32,000 nucleotides of DNA from the NCBI RefSeq assembly GCF_051097895.1, contig NZ_CP142525.1:1200001-1232000 (forward strand), in the 5' to 3' direction. Below are positions 27,736 to 32,000 of the stretch, in pieces. Made by a program: the position numbers and the translations under genes. This DNA is from Psychrobacter sp. HD31. GTDB lineage: Bacteria > Pseudomonadota > Gammaproteobacteria > Pseudomonadales > Moraxellaceae. Position 1 is the first letter of the stretch. Each line of letters begins with the position of its first letter. Below the pieces are notes generated by a model, which worked only from the letters and a program-made list of their open reading frames with translations, searched no databases and was not told where the DNA came from.

Positions 27736-29535
27736 TTAATCATCAACTTTAAGAACTGCTAAAAACGCTTCTTGCGGGATTTCTACACTGCCCACTTGCT
27801 TCATACGCTTTTTACCTTCTTTTTGTTTTTGTAGTAGTTTTTTCTTACGCGACACATCACCACCATAACATTTAGCAGTAACATCTTTACGCATCGCTTT
27901 TACCGTACTACGTGCGATGATTTGGCTACCAATCGCTGCTTGAATCGCCACATCAAACATCTGGCGAGGAATCAGCTCTTTCATTTTAACAACCAACTGA
28001 TTGCCACGGAAACGCGCATTATCCTGATGGACAATCATTGCTAAAGCATCTACTTTATCGCCATTAATTAACACATCAACACGTACCAATTTATCTGCTT
28101 CGTATCGTTCAAAACCATAGTCTAATGAGGCAAAACCACGAGATACCGACTTAAGACGATCAAAAAAGTCCATGACTACTTCACCCATTGGAATATCAAA
28201 TATCAACTGAACCTGATTGCCCATAAAACGCATGTCTACTTGCACGCCACGACGCTCGATACACAAAGTCATCACATTGCCAAGGTAGTCTTGTGGTACA
28301 AGAATATGACAGCGGGCAATTGGCTCACGAAACTCTTGAATAACCCCTACATCTGGTAACTTACTTGGGTTATCTACATGAATCACATCCCCATTTTTCT
28401 TTTCAATTTCATAAATTACCGATGGGGCGGTCGTAATCAAATCAAGATCATATTCTCGTTCCAAACGCTCTTGAATGATTTCCATATGGAGCATACCAAG
28501 AAAACCACAGCGGAAACCAAAACCTAGGGCATCTGAAGTATCTGGCTCAAAAAATAATGCCGCATCGTTAATTTGTAGTTTTTGCAAAGCTTCACGGAAC
28601 TTCTCAAAATCACTAGAATCTACAGGGAACATACCAGCATATACCTGAGGCGTGACTTGTTTAAATCCAGGAATGTTTTCTACATCTGGCGTTTTGTCAT
28701 GGGTAATCGTATCACCAACCGGAGCACCTTGAATGTCTTTAATACCCGCAATAACAAAACCCACCTCCCCTGCTTCTAACACACCTGTTTCTAGAGGTTT
28801 TGGTGTGAATACACCAATTGAGGTAACTGGATGTGCCTCTTTTGTTGATTTGATATAAATTTTATCACCTTTTTTAAGACGACCTTGACGCACACGCACC
28901 AGTGACACCACGCCCAAATAGTTATCAAACCAAGAGTCGATAATCAATGCTTGAAGTGGTGCGTCTCTATCTCCCTCTGGAGACGGAATACGCTCTACTA
29001 AAACCTGTAAGAGCTCATCAACACCCAATCCCGATTTTGCCGAAACACGTGGGGCTTCATCCGCCTCAATCCCAATAATATCTTCAATTTCTTGAATGAC
29101 ACGCTCAGGTTCTACTTGTGGTAAATCGATTTTATTTAAAACAGGTAAAACTTCTAACCCTTGATCAACCGCTGTATAGCAATTCGCAACAGATTGAGCC
29201 TCGACCCCTTGTGCTGCATCAACCACTAACAAAGCCCCTTCACAGGCGGCTAGTGAACGAGAAACTTCATAAGAAAAATCTACGTGTCCTGGCGTATCAA
29301 TAAAGTTAAGCTGATACTTCTCACCATTTGGGTGGTCATAATATAGAGTAACAGACTGTGCTTTAATGGTAATGCCTCGCTCTCGCTCAATATCCATTGA
29401 ATCTAAGACCTGCTCTTGCATTTCTCTATCCTGTAATGCGCCACACATTTGAATGAAGCGATCTGCCAGTGTAGATTTACCGTGGTCGATATGAGCAATG
29501 ATGGAAAAATTACGAATGTTAGTTAATGCCGTCAC
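27736..29535 (-). CDS. lepA: Translation elongation factor 4
   Basis: 599 aa with [20 protein letters not shown] and a full-length LepA pattern. The start codon is GTG. Confidence 0.97.
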   Translation of the reverse strand: MTALTNIRNFSIIAHIDHGKSTLADRFIQMCGALQDREMQEQVLDSMDIERERGITIKAQSVTLYYDHPNGEKYQLNFIDTPGHVDFSYEVSRSLAACEGALLVVDAAQGVEAQSVANCYTAVDQGLEVLPVLNKIDLPQVEPERVIQEIEDIIGIEADEAPRVSAKSGLGVDELLQVLVERIPSPEGDRDAPLQALIIDSWFDNYLGVVSLVRVRQGRLKKGDKIYIKSTKEAHPVTSIGVFTPKPLETGVLEAGEVGFVIAGIKDIQGAPVGDTITHDKTPDVENIPGFKQVTPQVYAGMFPVDSSDFEKFREALQKLQINDAALFFEPDTSDALGFGFRCGFLGMLHMEIIQERLEREYDLDLITTAPSVIYEIEKKNGDVIHVDNPSKLPDVGVIQEFREPIARCHILVPQDYLGNVMTLCIERRGVQVDMRFMGNQVQLIFDIPMGEVVMDFFDRLKSVSRGFASLDYGFERYEADKLVRVDVLINGDKVDALAMIVHQDNARFRGNQLVVKMKELIPRQMFDVAIQAAIGSQIIARSTVKAMRKDVTAKCYGGDVSRKKKLLQKQKEGKKRMKQVGSVEIPQEAFLAVLKVDD

Positions 29536-29616
29536 TAAAGCCTACTTATGTCTATCAAAATTAATTACAAATTTTTAAAAATTAAATTAAAAAAATCAGC
29601 CATGTTTAACTGACTG

Positions 29617-29622
29617 ATTATA
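29617..29622 (-). promoter_or_regulatory. Putative -10 hexamer for lepA
   Basis: The minus strand reads a perfect TATAAT about 80 nt upstream of the lepA GTG. A partial -35 (aTGACg) lies about 18 nt further upstream. This overlaps a weak hairpin with a T-run that could instead terminate kpsS. Confidence 0.3.
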
Positions 29623-29671
29623 ACAAGGAAACGCTTAGAGCGTCATTAATATTAATGAAAACAAACTAAAT

Positions 29672-30910
29672 TTATGATTTATTCTTTGATTGTTTTAATA
29701 ATTGGACTGATTTGGTTTTATTTTGATACTCATCCATCCAAGGAGACTTACCATAAAATGAACCATTAAGCTGATTTTCTTCAATTAAGTATTCACGAAA
29801 CCTGAGATAAAATTCATTGTCTGGCTGTTGCGGATTTATCCAAAACTCATCTAATGGTTTTTGGTCAGTTAACTTTTCTACATTATAAATCGCACGTCCC
29901 ATCAACTTAATTGGCTTTTTATGATAAATTGACTGAAGTCCTGTTGTACTATTCACCGTTACCATACCAAGGCTATTTCTTATCAGCGTTGGTAAATGCA
30001 TATCACAACCGTAATGCACACGCTCAGCAACACCAAGTTGATGTGCAAGTTGCGCAATATATTTACGGTAATCTCTATGCCCTCTATCAAGTGGATGATG
30101 TTTAAAAACTAGATGATGACTTGCATCTGCATGGCTGGCAAAGCTACTTACCACCTCATTAATAAAATCTTTCACATCCGTGTAATCACTATGATGTGTG
30201 ATTTGTGTATCTTTATGTACTTGCAGAGTACAGACAAAATACGCCTTTTTATGCTGCGCTATCATTTTTTCTAACAAACGTTGATCACGCGCATGGTCCC
30301 GTATTTTACGATAAGGTGCTTTTATCCACGCTTTTGCTTCTTGAATGGCCGTTAATCCACGATAATGATAATAGTTTGGATACTTTTTTTTGTTTAGCCT
30401 AACAACAATATAGTAAATAATCGCCGCCCAACACAAACGATAAAACCGATTATTGGTATAAAGTGGTTTGTCATGTGCTTTTGGCAAATTATGGATTTTA
30501 TTAACATCTAGACGAGAAAAGCCGTTAATACCGTGCTCTTCAAAAGTGATATAGTCAGGTCTAAGATAGCCTTCTTCAAATACAAAAAAGCTGGTTTTAG
30601 ATTGCTCACAGTATTCGGCAGCCTTTAAATGATGTGGACGACAATCACCAAAGCAGACGATCGCATCAATATCATGCGTTTCGACAAACTTAGCTAACCA
30701 GCCATCAAACTCATCAACCGCTCCCTTATAGTCGTAAGCATTATCATGCTGATAAAAAAAGGCATCACCAGCATTAAAATTAATTTTACTAACCGCTATA
30801 TTTTGATCTAATAAAAAAGAAGCAAACCGACTAAAGGATGACCCCATTTTGCCCTGTAGCAACAATACATGCTGATAGGTTAACAAGCGTTGCATAGAGG
30901 TGGTTTTCAT
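29672..30910 (-). CDS. kpsS: Capsule polysaccharide biosynthesis protein KpsS (LipB-like beta-Kdo transferase)
   Basis: 412 aa. It shows strong block similarity to E. coli KpsS as I recall it: LLLQGKMGSSF, FGDCRP, FEEGYLRPDYIT, KHHPLDRGHRDYR, VNSTTGLQS. Confidence 0.85.
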   Translation of the reverse strand: MKTTSMQRLLTYQHVLLLQGKMGSSFSRFASFLLDQNIAVSKINFNAGDAFFYQHDNAYDYKGAVDEFDGWLAKFVETHDIDAIVCFGDCRPHHLKAAEYCEQSKTSFFVFEEGYLRPDYITFEEHGINGFSRLDVNKIHNLPKAHDKPLYTNNRFYRLCWAAIIYYIVVRLNKKKYPNYYHYRGLTAIQEAKAWIKAPYRKIRDHARDQRLLEKMIAQHKKAYFVCTLQVHKDTQITHHSDYTDVKDFINEVVSSFASHADASHHLVFKHHPLDRGHRDYRKYIAQLAHQLGVAERVHYGCDMHLPTLIRNSLGMVTVNSTTGLQSIYHKKPIKLMGRAIYNVEKLTDQKPLDEFWINPQQPDNEFYLRFREYLIEENQLNGSFYGKSPWMDEYQNKTKSVQLLKQSKNKS

Positions 30911-31010
30911 GGGTAATAATTGCCTAGAATTTCGCTATAAAAAGCATCTTAAGAAACGTCGCTATAATAGCATAAATGGCTGTATCTGTATTGTAACAAA
31001 GTTTTAATTT

Positions 31011-32000
31011 TTATTGGCTTCGGCTTTTAATGCGATTTCGTATTTGCATAAACCTTAACTTGCTTTGTCCAACAAGTTTACTGATTAACTTTTGTTTTTG
31101 CGGAGTTTGTTGGCTATTTTCGTTTTTATATAAATAATCTATCACTTGCTCTACTTGCGCAAGCCCATAGCCACCGGGTAAGCGGTATAAAGGATATTCA
31201 ATTAAGGTACAATAAATGAGTTGGTTTAAAGTTAAATCGACATGACGTTCTCGCCGTTTTAAAAAATTTGATTTAGGCATAATATCTGAGTCTATATCAT
31301 TTGTTAGCCCCCATCCAGCATAAAATGGCAACCCATAACAAGTTACCTTTTTTTCCCTCAATAAAGCTTCAAACCCTGTTAAGGAGCTGATTGTATGCAC
31401 CTCATCAATTAACGCTAAGCAATCTGGCATAGCAACATCATGGGCAACTGCATCTGCTAAACCTAATGTGGCTTTATCTACCTTGCCCGTTCGCAATCCT
31501 GCTTCTACATCCGGATGTGGTTTATACACAATATAGGCATTCGGGTTATCAACACAAACGCGTTTAATTAACTCAGCATTTTTTGTAATCATAGAACCAC
31601 AAAATTGGACCGACAAATCATCTTCTACTTGCCCAACGACTAATATTTTATGCTTTTTCGTTGTTTGTATTGCTTTTAGCCAATGTAATTTATCAGCATT
31701 TATTTGGTTGCCAACATTATACTTACTTACTTTATTGGCGAGCATATATTGATGTAATTTTTCTGCTCTGGCATTTTGTTGTTCAGTTAACGGAAGGCTG
31801 TTTTTTAACAAACCTTCTAAATCAGATGGTTCTGTTGCATTATAATAAATACCTTGTTTATCCAACACAACAGACAAAGGCGCAAGTAATGTTGCACCTA
31901 AGCCGTTTGAACGAATAAAGCCATCTTCCATACAATAAACGTGGTTACTTGTTTTGTGTTCACCGATTTGTAGGCGCTTTGCAAGCCCCCAAACTAAAAA
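31011..32000 (-). CDS. kpsC: Capsule polysaccharide biosynthesis protein KpsC (LipA-like); only the C-terminal part is in the window
   Basis: Contains the conserved EDGFIRS and VGQVEDD motifs. My own translation shows the frame stays open upstream of the ORF-track ATG (31931) to the window edge (...FLVWGLAKRLQIGEHKTSNHVYCMEDGFIRS), so the gene continues beyond position 32000. Confidence 0.85.
   Translation of the reverse strand, partial: FLVWGLAKRLQIGEHKTSNHVYCMEDGFIRSNGLGATLLAPLSVVLDKQGIYYNATEPSDLEGLLKNSLPLTEQQNARAEKLHQYMLANKVSKYNVGNQINADKLHWLKAIQTTKKHKILVVGQVEDDLSVQFCGSMITKNAELIKRVCVDNPNAYIVYKPHPDVEAGLRTGKVDKATLGLADAVAHDVAMPDCLALIDEVHTISSLTGFEALLREKKVTCYGLPFYAGWGLTNDIDSDIMPKSNFLKRRERHVDLTLNQLIYCTLIEYPLYRLPGGYGLAQVEQVIDYLYKNENSQQTPQKQKLISKLVGQSKLRFMQIRNRIKSRSQ

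Overview
The window is a conserved chromosomal backbone of a gammaproteobacterium. Gene content and order suggest Moraxellaceae or Pseudomonadales, but that is inference only. Genes from left to right: a lipoprotein fragment, GST, rhodanese, hisC-hisD-hisG, murA, ibaG, yraN, rsmI, a bet locus (betB, betA, betT), a TauE-family exporter, coaBC, radC, a DAACS-family symporter, an OYE-family flavin reductase, pdxJ, recO, a GNAT gene, era, rnc, lepB, lepA, and the edge of an AT-rich capsule locus (kpsS, kpsC). I saw no rRNA, tRNA, CRISPR array, transposase or integrase. The standout anomaly is a strongly AT-rich two-gene cassette (10051-12247) inserted precisely between intact betB and betA. Gene 1 looks like a divergent NdpA/YejK-family nucleoid-associated DNA-binding protein. 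Gene 2 is an unrecognisable 396-aa protein with a helical soluble N-terminal part and three predicted C-terminal transmembrane helices. I propose this pair as a candidate undescribed two-component system coupling a DNA-binding module to a membrane module, most plausibly anti-phage or abortive-infection. That proposal is a hypothesis and needs HMM, structure, neighbourhood and phenotype tests. Secondary observations: a His/Glu-rich insertion in CoaBC, C-rich/G-poor 5' coding tracts in betB and betA, no betI with candidate operator palindromes, a GNAT gene wedged into the era-recO operon, and several intergenic repeats and hairpins.
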